IMG/VR virus record: IMGVR_UViG_3300032020_000004
Location: 1-58,378 of that record
Direction: 5' to 3' (one strand)
Length of the DNA: 58,378 nt
Source: a virus
Lineage: Duplodnaviria; Caudoviricetes
In this document: positions 8,770 through 17,657 of the stretch, piece by piece
How positions within the stretch are numbered: the first letter of the stretch is position 1
Layout: each line of letters opens with the position of its first letter
The notes under the pieces: model-generated
The model's database searches: none
Told to the model about the DNA's origin: nothing
What the model saw: only the letters and a program-made list of their open reading frames with translations
Position numbers and translations under genes: made by a program

Positions 8770-9236
8770 GTAAGGCAGTATATGGTGTCTTTGTCGATTG
8801 GGATTTGGATGACTATGAGAGTGAATATGCTGATATTTCAGCTGATGTTATAGAAATCCCCAAGATTATGAGGGGCAAGGAAGACCAGCTAGGGCACGCC
8901 CCTGCCGGTATTTGCGAAGTCAGGCTTAAAGACATTGCCCATAAATACTCGCCGGAGAATGAGGATTCGCCTCTATATGGTTTGCTTTTGCCCTATCGTC
9001 CTATAAGAGTGGCAGCGACCTTTGCTAGTATAGAATACGATCTATTCAACGGTTTCATCTCCAAGATAGTCCCGCATCCGCATTGGGCGAAGCAGGACTG
9101 CTATATCTACGCCACGGATGGGTTGGAGAAACTGTCCAAGAATATAATTAGCACAGAAGTCTATACTGCATCTTTCCAACAGAATTTGGGGAATGTGACT
9201 GCTTATGATTATCCCTATCTGCGATGGGAAGTTTAG
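8766..9236 (+). CDS. Minor tail (hub-like) protein, N-terminal part
   Basis: VDWD...RG...AG.C.V.L...YSPEN..SPLYG...RPIRV...LFNGFI...ATDG pattern; follows the tape-measure gene. Confidence 0.7.
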   Translation: MSKAVYGVFVDWDLDDYESEYADISADVIEIPKIMRGKEDQLGHAPAGICEVRLKDIAHKYSPENEDSPLYGLLLPYRPIRVAATFASIEYDLFNGFISKIVPHPHWAKQDCYIYATDGLEKLSKNIISTEVYTASFQQNLGNVTAYDYPYLRWEV

Positions 9237-9256
9237 ATAATTGAGAGGAGTTTTAG

Positions 9257-10297
9257 ATGACAGGTAGCGGAACAGCCTTAGACCCATATATCATATCAGA
9301 TGTCAATGACCTCCAGGCTATGGAAGATGACCTAGATGCCTACTATGAGCTAGGTTGTGATATTAATGCCTCTGGAACTGCGACTTGGAATGGTGGTGCT
9401 GGATTTGTGCCTATTGGACAAAGTTCCCCTTACTTTACAGGACACTTTGACGGTAAGGACTACACTATCTCAGCTTTGACTATCAACCGCCCTGCTACTG
9501 ACTGTATAGGCTTGTTTGGGATAACTGATGGGGCAGACATCCAAAATGTTAGCCTTATCTCAGTGAGTATTCATGGTCATGATTTTACGGGAGCATTGGT
9601 AGGTCTTATTGTAGGCGATGATGTCATATTGGATTGCTCCGCTTCGGGTGCAGTAATAGGAAATGATGGCGTTGGTGGGTTGATAGGATATGCTGTCAGT
9701 TCTTCTATAACTATCGCCGACTCCTTTTCTAGCTGTAGTGTTACTAGCGATGCGGCGGCAGGATTTGCAGATGAGGTCGGTGGCTTTATTGGCTACGGGA
9801 CAGGTATTGATGTTGATAGATGTTATGCAACTGGCGATGTTACCGCTTCGGGTGACGACGTAGGAGGTTTCATAGGACATTGGGGATGGGGAACAATAAA
9901 CCAATGTTTTGCGACTAATAATGTGTCTGCTCCTGATTATAGTGAGAACTTCGCTATTGGGGGTTTTGTTGGCTGGGCAGACGGAATTGCCAAAGACTGC
10001 TATGCCAAGGGTTCAGTTACAACTTCGGGAGATTACGCTGGAGGATTTTCAGGAGTCAGTCCTGCTAGTATGGAAAATTGCTACTCTACTGGTGCTGTGA
10101 GTGGGGTGGGTTCTAATGTTGGTGGTCTTAACGGTAATGAGGGTGGAGATGTTATCAACTGCTTCTGGGATACTCAAACCTCAGGGCAAGCGACAAGTGA
10201 AGGAGGAACTGGCAAGACCACAGCGCAGATGAAAAGAAAGCAGACATTCGTTGGCTGGAATTTTAGTGACATTTGGGGGAGCGGAGAGAGGGAGTAA
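9257..10297 (+). CDS. GLUG-repeat beta-helical protein (putative adhesin or tail spike)
   Basis: GSGT..DPYII N-terminus, multiple VGGLIG/VGGFIG repeats, FWDTQTSGQ..S.GG.GKTTAQMK C-terminal motif. Confidence 0.85.
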   Translation: MTGSGTALDPYIISDVNDLQAMEDDLDAYYELGCDINASGTATWNGGAGFVPIGQSSPYFTGHFDGKDYTISALTINRPATDCIGLFGITDGADIQNVSLISVSIHGHDFTGALVGLIVGDDVILDCSASGAVIGNDGVGGLIGYAVSSSITIADSFSSCSVTSDAAAGFADEVGGFIGYGTGIDVDRCYATGDVTASGDDVGGFIGHWGWGTINQCFATNNVSAPDYSENFAIGGFVGWADGIAKDCYAKGSVTTSGDYAGGFSGVSPASMENCYSTGAVSGVGSNVGGLNGNEGGDVINCFWDTQTSGQATSEGGTGKTTAQMKRKQTFVGWNFSDIWGSGERE

Positions 10298-10299
10298 TA

Positions 10300-10794
10300 A
10301 TGATTAGTCCGACATTGGTTTATGATCCAGCAGAGGATTACTATGACGTTCATGCGCAGTATCAAGCCTGCCAATTCTGCTCTGCTCCGGTTGGAGCTCA
10401 CACGATTACTGGAGTTAGTCTTTGGTTGTATAGAACGGGAACGCTTGGAGCAGTAACAATAGGAGTTAAACTGTTTAAGGCTGGTAAACCTTATGGGGAT
10501 TATTTGACTTATACGATACTAACAGCAGATGAAGCGGATGCAAAAATCCCCTTATCGACTTCTGCTTGGGTACATACAAGTCTTCCCGCATATAGAATAG
10601 AATCAATCCTAACAAGATATTGCTTTGTGCTGACCGAGAGTGGTGGTAGTTCCTCGCATTTATATTGGGGATATAGCACTGAAGTGGGGGGAGCAACTGC
10701 TTACTATTCTGAGGATGGAGGTTCAACTTGGTCTCTCTTGCTATATGGAGGAGGACACTGCGACTTCTTGTTTAAGGAGCATGGGATAAAGTAG
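10300..10794 (+). CDS. Putative carbohydrate-binding virion domain protein
   Basis: ACQF..., ITGVSLWLYRTG and YYSEDGGSTW (BNR-like) motifs; ATG at 10300 preferred over the TTG at 10273. Confidence 0.55.
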   Translation: MISPTLVYDPAEDYYDVHAQYQACQFCSAPVGAHTITGVSLWLYRTGTLGAVTIGVKLFKAGKPYGDYLTYTILTADEADAKIPLSTSAWVHTSLPAYRIESILTRYCFVLTESGGSSSHLYWGYSTEVGGATAYYSEDGGSTWSLLLYGGGHCDFLFKEHGIK

Positions 10795-12408
10795 ATGGCT
10801 GAAGTATATTACACTGACGGCGCCATTGTGAATAATGTTCTGGACATGATTGGTTGGCCAGAAGATAAGAGGGTCATTGATGTCACTCTGGGAACTACAT
10901 ATCCCAAATGGTGGACAGACCAGAGCCCGTTACAGATCATACACGACCTAGAGTTGATATCTCTTGGTTTCTTTTACGTGGATAATTATGGTAACGCCGT
11001 CTGGGAAGGCAGGAATACCCGGTCCAATGACCACCCTGTGGCAGTGGCCAGCTTTGATGACACAATGGTTGACCTCGTTTATGAACTAGACGAAAAGGAC
11101 ATTTTCAACAAAATTATCATAACAGCGGAATATGAAGATACTGAAACCATCGCCACTCCTGTAGTAAGAGAAGCCGTAGGTAGCGTTATTTTCAAATTAT
11201 ATTGGGATACGGAGTATGGACCCGAGTATATATACAAAATTATCAACACCGATGCTGATGCCATATCTTGGGGGTCACCTTCTGTTTATTGGTATAGTGA
11301 AGATTCAAAGGAATGGAGATCTAGCGCTCTTTTGTCTGTCACAAAAGTAACAGAAACAGTCGGCTATTGTAAAGTGAAAGTCTATAATATAAGTCCGACG
11401 GGCGTTGCTAGTGGCAAATATAGAATTGATATCCTCTATCAATATGAAGATATAGAGTATTCTGAGAACGTGGAGACTATTCAGACGGAGCACTGGGCTG
11501 AAGACGAAGATTCTCAAAATGCCTATGGGGTGAGAGTAAAAAAGATTGCCTTGCCCTTCAGGATGGATGCTCAAGACCTAGCAGAGTCTCTAGTCAACTT
11601 TTATTTGGCTTATTACAAAGACCCGATCGCCAGAATCAATATAACCATAGTTGGCAAAACTGATGCTCTGCTTACCGAGATCTTAACTCGTCAAATATCA
11701 GACCGGATAACTGTAATGAGTTCTGACTTGGGGATGTCGGCGGATTTTTACATCAATAAAGTAACCCACAAGATAGACAAGGGTCGGTTGCACAAGGCGA
11801 CCTACGAGCTGATTAAGCTGGAGAATGTGGCCCACACGCCTAGCAGGAGTCTATGGGTTCTGGGCAGCAGGGCAGGAACCTTAACTCTGCGCCCTAATGG
11901 TGCCGGCGACTTGACCGAATTGAGTAAATACCCAAATACAGGCGAGGCGAACTGGCAGGATGTAGATGATGTCTCCGCAGATGAAGATTCCTCCTATGTT
12001 TTTTGTGTCGAGAATGAATGGGTGTGGGATTTATATGAATTTGAGGACCACACTACAGAGGATGAGGAAATAAACACTGTTAGGCTTTGGGTTAGAGCGA
12101 GATGCTACCCAGACCTTTCGGGACTAATCGGTCATCCTGTTATTAAAACGCACGGCACTGAATATTATGGAAAATCACGGAACTTAACCTCAGTCTATAC
12201 CAATCTCGGCTGGCGTTTTGACACTAATCCGTACACAGGCTTGCCCTGGACGTGGGATGAGATTGATGATATACAGGCGGGGGTCGCCATAGGAGGCATT
12301 ACTACTCAGTATGCTAGATATACTCAGATATGGCTAGAGGTAAACTACGGGGGCATTGTCGGCTCAGAATTGGGGTATGATACCATTCTGGACATGAGGA
12401 GGAGTTAA
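10795..12408 (+). CDS. Minor tail protein, C-terminal part, with terminal LRPNGAGD...NPYTG..WTW domain
   Basis: GFFYVDNYGNAVW, DIFNKI and SQNAYGVR...ISDRITV motifs of tail hub proteins. Confidence 0.7.
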   Translation: MAEVYYTDGAIVNNVLDMIGWPEDKRVIDVTLGTTYPKWWTDQSPLQIIHDLELISLGFFYVDNYGNAVWEGRNTRSNDHPVAVASFDDTMVDLVYELDEKDIFNKIIITAEYEDTETIATPVVREAVGSVIFKLYWDTEYGPEYIYKIINTDADAISWGSPSVYWYSEDSKEWRSSALLSVTKVTETVGYCKVKVYNISPTGVASGKYRIDILYQYEDIEYSENVETIQTEHWAEDEDSQNAYGVRVKKIALPFRMDAQDLAESLVNFYLAYYKDPIARINITIVGKTDALLTEILTRQISDRITVMSSDLGMSADFYINKVTHKIDKGRLHKATYELIKLENVAHTPSRSLWVLGSRAGTLTLRPNGAGDLTELSKYPNTGEANWQDVDDVSADEDSSYVFCVENEWVWDLYEFEDHTTEDEEINTVRLWVRARCYPDLSGLIGHPVIKTHGTEYYGKSRNLTSVYTNLGWRFDTNPYTGLPWTWDEIDDIQAGVAIGGITTQYARYTQIWLEVNYGGIVGSELGYDTILDMRRS

Positions 12409-12409
12409 G

Positions 12410-12586
12410 ATGGCTGATACATGGCATGAAGTGCTGGATTGGTTCGGGGGGCAGGTTGTCAACGAGGAGGACCTCGATGAGCAGATAAGCGACAATATGA
12501 CCTGGCTAAAGAATAGAATAGGTTTGCCATTTGCGGTGACCAATTATAGCTTTACTAACGTTTGCATGACGGCACCGGAGGATTAA
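12410..12586 (+). CDS. Short tail-fibre N-terminal-like peptide (58 aa, absent from the ORF track)
   Basis: AGGAGG RBS; MADTWHEVLDWFGGQVVNEEDLDEQISDNMTWLK resembles a fibre anchor segment. Confidence 0.55.
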   Translation: MADTWHEVLDWFGGQVVNEEDLDEQISDNMTWLKNRIGLPFAVTNYSFTNVCMTAPED

Positions 12587-12605
12587 ATAATAAAGGAGGT
12601 GATCT

Positions 12606-13043
12606 ATGCCCGGATATGCTTGGGATGAATCGGCTGACGCAGTAGAGAAGATAACTGCTGCACGGCTGAATGACCAGAACGTAAGAGTCGCTAGTGGGTC
12701 TCTAGTTGCTGGCATCCAGCATGCCAAGATTTTCTCGTGGCAGAACGATGTAGTGAGCGGTGACATTTTAGTGTGGCTAATCTTAATCAGTATCACCACT
12801 CCAGCGACGCCCGCTGCCAAGATCAACGCCGGTCAGGCGGCCACTGAGATTGAGTCGGACGACATGATAGACGGTGGTGCCATAAACGCCGCAGGAACTA
12901 TCAACAGCATCATAAATGCCGGCACTAACGGCAAAGGTGCTCAGTACGTCGCCGACGACGAGTGGGTCACTGGGTTCGAGGACAACAGCGCCGCCTCGAC
13001 TGATTTGGTCGGCAAGTATTATATTTTCTATACCAAAGTATAA
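12606..13043 (+). CDS. Minor virion protein
   Basis: EKITAARLN fibre-anchor motif; AGGAGG RBS. Confidence 0.65.
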   Translation: MPGYAWDESADAVEKITAARLNDQNVRVASGSLVAGIQHAKIFSWQNDVVSGDILVWLILISITTPATPAAKINAGQAATEIESDDMIDGGAINAAGTINSIINAGTNGKGAQYVADDEWVTGFEDNSAASTDLVGKYYIFYTKV

Positions 13044-13086
13044 AGAACTGAGAGTGGCTGAATGGGATTTGCATTAAAAGGAGGGT

Positions 13087-13257
13087 ATGATGGCTATACC
13101 ACAAATATTGCAGCGCTGCTATTTCTGTAAGCATTACTTTGAGAAGCTCAAGGTAGTGGCGATACGTGAGCGACCTGAGCAGGCAACTGTAGAGGTTTAT
13201 ATCTGCCAAGAATGTGAGGCACAGCTGGACAAGGGTGTGCGTACTGAAGAGCAGTAA
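13087..13257 (+). CDS. Small CxxC-CxxC Zn-finger protein (56 aa)
   Basis: AGGAGG RBS; CYFC...ICQEC. Confidence 0.6.
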   Translation: MMAIPQILQRCYFCKHYFEKLKVVAIRERPEQATVEVYICQECEAQLDKGVRTEEQ

Positions 13258-13265
13258 TTGAGGAG

Positions 13266-13583
13266 GTGGTTGCAGTGGAAAAAGATGGCCCAGAGTTTCT
13301 GTTTGGTCAGATTATGGCCCGGCTTACCGAAGGTGATAAGGTGATGGGTAACCTGACCGAGCAGGTCAAAGAGGTGACCAAGGCAGTGTATAGGTTGCCC
13401 TGTGCAGTACATGAGGAGAAGATCAAGGAGCTGCAGGTCCGGCAGTATAAGCGTAATAATAAGAGTGAAAAGCAGAGTGAGATATCGCTTAATCTGAAGC
13501 ATGGGTTGCTAATCGCGATTACTTCTATTATGCTGAGTGCCCTAGTTGGTTTTCTGATGAGCTTGATAGTAAGACCTATCTGA
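13266..13583 (+). CDS. Membrane protein with C-terminal TM helix (holin/hemolysin-like)
   Basis: LPCAVH coiled coil plus hydrophobic C-terminus; end of the late operon. Confidence 0.6.
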   Translation: MVAVEKDGPEFLFGQIMARLTEGDKVMGNLTEQVKEVTKAVYRLPCAVHEEKIKELQVRQYKRNNKSEKQSEISLNLKHGLLIAITSIMLSALVGFLMSLIVRPI

Positions 13584-13597
13584 AGGAGGAGGTTAAA

Positions 13598-13867
13598 ATG
13601 GTGGATTGGGACAAAGTGACAACCTTTATGCGTTCGGCTCAGAGGCCGTGGCTGGTCTTTCTGTTTCCATTGACAGCGGTTATCATTGCAATTTTGATAA
13701 CCTTTACTCTAATGCCGGCAGCGGTTAAGTTTGTTGACCGAGAAATTGCTCTCGTCATTATCGTGGCGCTGCTATTTCTTGTGACCAATGTTGCTACGGC
13801 TACAACGACTATCATGGCTTTTCTTTTCGGTGAGCGAGGGAGCAAGAAAAAAGAAGAGAAGCAATAA
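13598..13867 (+). CDS. Putative holin (2 TM helices)
   Basis: RP motif, two hydrophobic helices, FLFGERGSKKKEEK charged tail. Confidence 0.65.
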   Translation: MVDWDKVTTFMRSAQRPWLVFLFPLTAVIIAILITFTLMPAAVKFVDREIALVIIVALLFLVTNVATATTTIMAFLFGERGSKKKEEKQ

Positions 13868-13874
13868 TACTCTG

Positions 13875-13890
13875 GTTGTAGCGCTGCAAG
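13875..13890. promoter_or_regulatory. 16-bp palindromic site (GTTGTAGCGCTACAAC family)
   Basis: GTTGTAGCGCTGCAAG, 17 bp upstream of a -35 box. Confidence 0.7.
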
Positions 13891-13907
13891 ATGAATAAGT
13901 CCGGCTA

Positions 13908-13935
13908 TTGACTTTTGCCATCGGTGTGGTATAAT
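13908..13935 (+). promoter_or_regulatory. Sigma70 promoter of the early operon
   Basis: TTGACT-16 bp-TATAAT with extended TG. Confidence 0.85.
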
Positions 13936-13967
13936 CATAATAACGGAACAAAGAAGGGAGTGAGGGG

Positions 13968-14144
13968 TTGAGGTTTTTTTGCGGTTACTGCCCAGCTGTG
14001 TTTAAGCAGTTTAAGGAGATAGTGGACCACTTTGAGTCTAAACATAGAAAGGAATATGAAGAAAGGAGGGAGCCATGGAAATCACAGTTAAATCGGTCAA
14101 AGTCGTTAAGACAGGCACCAACAAGAGCGGAGCCTGGGAGCTAA
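13968..14144 (+). CDS. C2H2 zinc-finger protein (58 aa, absent from the ORF track)
   Basis: TTG start; FCGYCPAVFKQFKEIVDHFESKH matches C-x2-C-x3-F-x8-H-x4-H. Confidence 0.65.
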   Translation: MRFFCGYCPAVFKQFKEIVDHFESKHRKEYEERREPWKSQLNRSKSLRQAPTRAEPGS

Positions 14145-14716
14145 TCCGGGTAACTACCCTAGACGGCACGGAATATACTACCTTTGATAAGAAGGTGAAG
14201 CACATGGGCGAAGGTGCTGTTATTGATATCGGCGAGCCCGATATCAAAGAGGGTAAAATCAGCTTCAAGGAAATAGTCAAGGTGGTCAAAGAGGGTCAAG
14301 CGCCAGCCGTAACCAGTGGTAATGGCAAGAGCCCAGAACAGATTGCGATAGAGCGCTGTAGCATTGAGGGCCAGACTGCCTACAATGGTATCATCCAGCT
14401 GATTGACCGGGAAGCTGCAGAAAAGGTTGACATAGTTCCTGCTGACCTGAAGACACTGACATTTGATTATGCTCGGGTTAAGATGTCGAAATCTCTGGCT
14501 AAGCCTGTTGCTGTAGTGAAGAAGACAGAGGCACCGGCTGAGCCAAGCGGTAATGGTGGCTTCAAGAATGCCGGGCAGTTCCTGGCCAAGTGTCAAGAGG
14601 TGTTCAGCCTGAATAGGAGCCAAGTGCTTGAGAATAACGAAGTGAAAGCACTGTATGATGCAGGTGAGTTTGATAAGGCATATCTGAAGCTAGCCGAGTT
14701 AAAAGCCGGTAAATAG
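14075..14716 (+). CDS. Putative OB-fold ssDNA-binding/recombination protein
   Basis: KTGTNKSGAWEL...DGTEYTTFDK N-terminal beta domain. Confidence 0.5.
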   Translation: MEITVKSVKVVKTGTNKSGAWELIRVTTLDGTEYTTFDKKVKHMGEGAVIDIGEPDIKEGKISFKEIVKVVKEGQAPAVTSGNGKSPEQIAIERCSIEGQTAYNGIIQLIDREAAEKVDIVPADLKTLTFDYARVKMSKSLAKPVAVVKKTEAPAEPSGNGGFKNAGQFLAKCQEVFSLNRSQVLENNEVKALYDAGEFDKAYLKLAELKAGK

Positions 14717-14833
14717 CTTGCTGGTGTCCTACTACTTAAATTTGGACGAATGAAGAAGGAACGCTGTTCATAAGGGGTAGGGAGTGCCGAGCCAGCAAGC
14801 CTGCCAGCCTAATAAATTAAGGAGGGAAAGGAT

Positions 14834-15007
14834 ATGACAATCAGAATTGGAGACCGCTTAGTAATCAAGAGAGAGGGGAAAATTCTTACCCCAGATGCAG
14901 GAGAGGCATACCACGAGTTTGAAGTATTAAAACAACCCTCTCTTGTAACTTTGCCAGAAAAAGTGGATAAGATTCTTTATGAGTTAATCGTAGAGATGCT
15001 TAAATAG
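14834..15007 (+). CDS. Hypothetical protein (57 aa)
   Basis: AAGGAGG RBS; MTIRIGDRLVIKREG... Confidence 0.6.
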   Translation: MTIRIGDRLVIKREGKILTPDAGEAYHEFEVLKQPSLVTLPEKVDKILYELIVEMLK

Positions 15008-15129
15008 GTAAGCAAGCCTGAGCCGAGGTAGATGCTCAATGTAGCAAAAGGGCGGGTAAATGTTAAGCAACAATTGGCTTGATGCTGAAAGGATTTTCAC
15101 CTTGATTGGTGGAGAACCGACTAACTGGG

Positions 15130-15267
15130 ATGAGTAATACGGTTGCAAGTCTAATCTTATGGGTGGTTTTTAGCGGAATGGCTCTGACATTTTTAGTTGT
15201 CCATTTCTGCATTGGAAAACTTGTTGAGAAATTCTTTGGTAGGTGGAGTGATGGCAAGCCAAACTAG
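15130..15267 (+). CDS. Small single-TM protein (45 aa)
   Basis: MSNTVASLILWVVFSGMALTFLVVHFCIGK. Confidence 0.5.
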   Translation: MSNTVASLILWVVFSGMALTFLVVHFCIGKLVEKFFGRWSDGKPN

Positions 15268-15394
15268 AATAGAGAAAACTAGGCGCCAGAGGAGAAGCAG
15301 GAGAAATACTTTTGGTCTAAAGACAAATCCTGGGAGGCTGAAAAGACGGACTAAAGCAACAAAAATACTAATGGATGAGGTAAAGGAGGAGTAA
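15251..15394 (+). CDS. Small Arg-rich basic peptide
   Basis: MASQTRIEKTRRQRRSRR...; GGTGGAG RBS. Confidence 0.55.
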   Translation: MASQTRIEKTRRQRRSRRNTFGLKTNPGRLKRRTKATKILMDEVKEE

Positions 15395-15417
15395 AGGAGG
15401 AGAGAAAGGAGCAAACA

Positions 15418-15663
15418 ATGGACACTGACAAAACAACCTTGGCGTTGAAAAATGGAGATACTATATTGTTGAATCTTGAACATGGTGACCGTTTCACCTT
15501 TGAGACTGAGGAAGGCAATCTGCTAATCTATGCGCCTGAAATTTTAATTCTTACCCCAAAGGCTGTTAAGTGGTATAGAGTGTTCAAGTGGCTTACAGAT
15601 GTAATCACCTTTAGACCGACTATGGATTATAAGGAGGATAGAGATGAACCGTTACCGAATTGA
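15418..15663 (+). CDS. Hypothetical protein
   Basis: AAGGAG RBS, 81 aa. Confidence 0.65.
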   Translation: MDTDKTTLALKNGDTILLNLEHGDRFTFETEEGNLLIYAPEILILTPKAVKWYRVFKWLTDVITFRPTMDYKEDRDEPLPN

Positions 15664-16438
15664 AAACACAGAGACGGGGGAGGTGGTGGTAAAGGAGGCG
15701 GAGTATTTGCAAACAGCTATAGATTCAGCAGGATGGACGGGCATCCAATGTAAATGCGAGGTATTGCCAGAGCAGCTGCCTCAGAGGAAGGATAAAAGAA
15801 GCCGAGCTGAGAGGAAAAGGGATAAGCAGAAGCCCACTGCTGTGACTGTAGTGAAACCAGGGGAGAAAGTGGCAGATCATGTGCCTACAGCTGCCGCGCT
15901 TGCAACTGTAGTTGAGCAGGATAATGTCGTTGCGGAGTCGGTTGTCGGCGTTCCGACTGAGGCAGAGCAGGCAGCGTATGACCATAAGTGCCAGATTGAG
16001 GCGATGGTCTTGGAAGCCGAGGTCATGTTTATTAGGATAGGTCAGCTTCTGTATAATGCCCGGGAGAACGCTGAGTGGAGCATCTTGCATTACGAATCGT
16101 ATAAAGAATATGTAGAGAGCCTCAAGTTACCTGTTACTGCTTCGTATTCTTGGGCTACTCGGCTCAGCAATATTTATGAGTACCTAGTCATGAACATGGG
16201 ACTGGATGAGAAATTACTTGCTGAGATCGGTGTTGCTAAACTGACTCGGCTCTTGCCGTTAGCTAGGAAAGGTGGACTAACGCTAGAGGTTATTGAGGCT
16301 GCGCGTGTTTTAAGTGACCTAGATTTGAGGGAAGAATTGGGGCAAAACATAGGTGCTAGTGAAGGGGAACCAGACCTCATAATTTGTCCAAGATGCGGAG
16401 AGCAATTTAATGCGAGGACAGCGACGAGAGTGAAATAA
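15644..16438 (+). CDS. Hypothetical protein with helical DNA-binding-like domain and C-terminal Zn ribbon
   Basis: FIRIGQLLY...YESYKEYV segment; CPRCG. Confidence 0.6.
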   Translation: MNRYRIENTETGEVVVKEAEYLQTAIDSAGWTGIQCKCEVLPEQLPQRKDKRSRAERKRDKQKPTAVTVVKPGEKVADHVPTAAALATVVEQDNVVAESVVGVPTEAEQAAYDHKCQIEAMVLEAEVMFIRIGQLLYNARENAEWSILHYESYKEYVESLKLPVTASYSWATRLSNIYEYLVMNMGLDEKLLAEIGVAKLTRLLPLARKGGLTLEVIEAARVLSDLDLREELGQNIGASEGEPDLIICPRCGEQFNARTATRVK

Positions 16439-17019
16439 TGCCACAAATAGGTGAAGTCCGAAGCGCCAAAGATATTGGTCGTAGCTATACTGGTCTATAC
16501 AAATGGGTAGCTTGCCCGGATTGCGGCAAGGAACGTTGGGGCAGATTTCGTAATGGTCGGCTTGATTCCATCAGATGTCGTGCTTGCGCTGCTCGCATGC
16601 CTGACAGAAGATTAGCAGCTAGCACCTCGAGAAGAGGTGATAAGCATCCTCAATGGAAGGGTGGTAGAAGAAAGGTTAAAGGTGGTTATATTGAAGTCTT
16701 ATTGTCGCCTGATGATTTTTTCTGGCCTATGGCGAAGAAAGATGGGTATGTAGCAGAACACCGTTTGGTTGTAGCGGAGTCTTTTGGGCGCTGTTTGCTT
16801 CCGTGGGAGATTGTTCACCATAAAAAGGGCTGTGCTAAAGATGATAACAGATATCCTGAGACTCTGCAGCTCACTAGTGATGTTGGACATAATCAAATTA
16901 CATTGTGGGAACGGAAGTTGGATAAGTTACTGGAGCAGCAGCGAGAGCTAAAGGTAGAAGTCAGGCTGCTTAGATTTGAGAATAAGCTTTTGATGGAAAG
17001 ACTAAGAAATGGCATTTAG
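16438..17019 (+). CDS. HNH homing endonuclease with Zn-ribbon N-terminus
   Basis: WKGGR, YVAEHRLVVA and EIVHHK...KDDNR motifs. Confidence 0.9.
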   Translation: MPQIGEVRSAKDIGRSYTGLYKWVACPDCGKERWGRFRNGRLDSIRCRACAARMPDRRLAASTSRRGDKHPQWKGGRRKVKGGYIEVLLSPDDFFWPMAKKDGYVAEHRLVVAESFGRCLLPWEIVHHKKGCAKDDNRYPETLQLTSDVGHNQITLWERKLDKLLEQQRELKVEVRLLRFENKLLMERLRNGI

Positions 17020-17323
17020 CCGAGAAGTAAAAGAGGCTGTTTTAAGGCGGTCAAGTGGGTTATGCGAACGGAAATTACCGAATGGGCAACGCTGTTTAGC
17101 TCTCGGCGCTGAGTTTCATCATATAGTGCTACGGAGCCGTCACGGTAAAAGAATAAAGAAACTGGCGGACAGTGAGGAGAATTGTATGCTAATCTGTTTA
17201 ACCTGTCATCGAAATAGGCACGACGGCGTCGGCTGGAACGCCGATGCCGACAGTTTAGTACCCGGCGCTGATTTTAGGCTTGCTCTCAGAGAAGGAGGAC
17301 TAGATGGAACAAAGAACATTTAG
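17009..17323 (+). CDS. Small HNH endonuclease
   Basis: CE...C...EFHHIVLRS...NCMLICLTCH. Confidence 0.8.
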   Translation: MAFSREVKEAVLRRSSGLCERKLPNGQRCLALGAEFHHIVLRSRHGKRIKKLADSEENCMLICLTCHRNRHDGVGWNADADSLVPGADFRLALREGGLDGTKNI

Positions 17324-17648
17324 AAGGAATGAGATACGGACGCCGTTTGAGAAATGCCCGACCTGTGGTGCTGATGTCAGGCTGCGGCTGGAAGAAGTTA
17401 ATGGAGAAAAGCAGCTCAAGCTGTTTAATCCTGATGATAGCCAGCACGTTTGTCAGATTGAGCTCAGGAATGAGTTTGAGAAGCACCCGATCGGGCAGAC
17501 TGTAACCGGTAAGAGGGTGACTGATTTTCAGCTGCGGGGCCGGCGCCTGACTATAACGCTTGAAGATGGGCATGTGCTTACTATTTCTGCGGCTGGCCGC
17601 CCACTTACGATAAGACTGGAGGGGCCGAGCGGGCTATTACAAGAGTAA
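17304..17648 (+). CDS. Zn-ribbon hypothetical protein
   Basis: CPTCGA...FNPDDSQHVC. Confidence 0.65.
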   Translation: MEQRTFRRNEIRTPFEKCPTCGADVRLRLEEVNGEKQLKLFNPDDSQHVCQIELRNEFEKHPIGQTVTGKRVTDFQLRGRRLTITLEDGHVLTISAAGRPLTIRLEGPSGLLQE

Positions 17649-17657
17649 GGAGGGAAC

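Noticed and set aside
15016-15053. Self-cleaving ribozyme at CCTGAGCCGAGG...GCTCA...AAAAGGGC
   Set aside because: Only a 5-bp stem; the hammerhead CUGANGA/GAAA core and twister motifs are not matched.
15251-15394. Ribosomal protein bL34 homologue
   Set aside because: Basic composition only; it lacks the MKRT.QP and HGF motifs.
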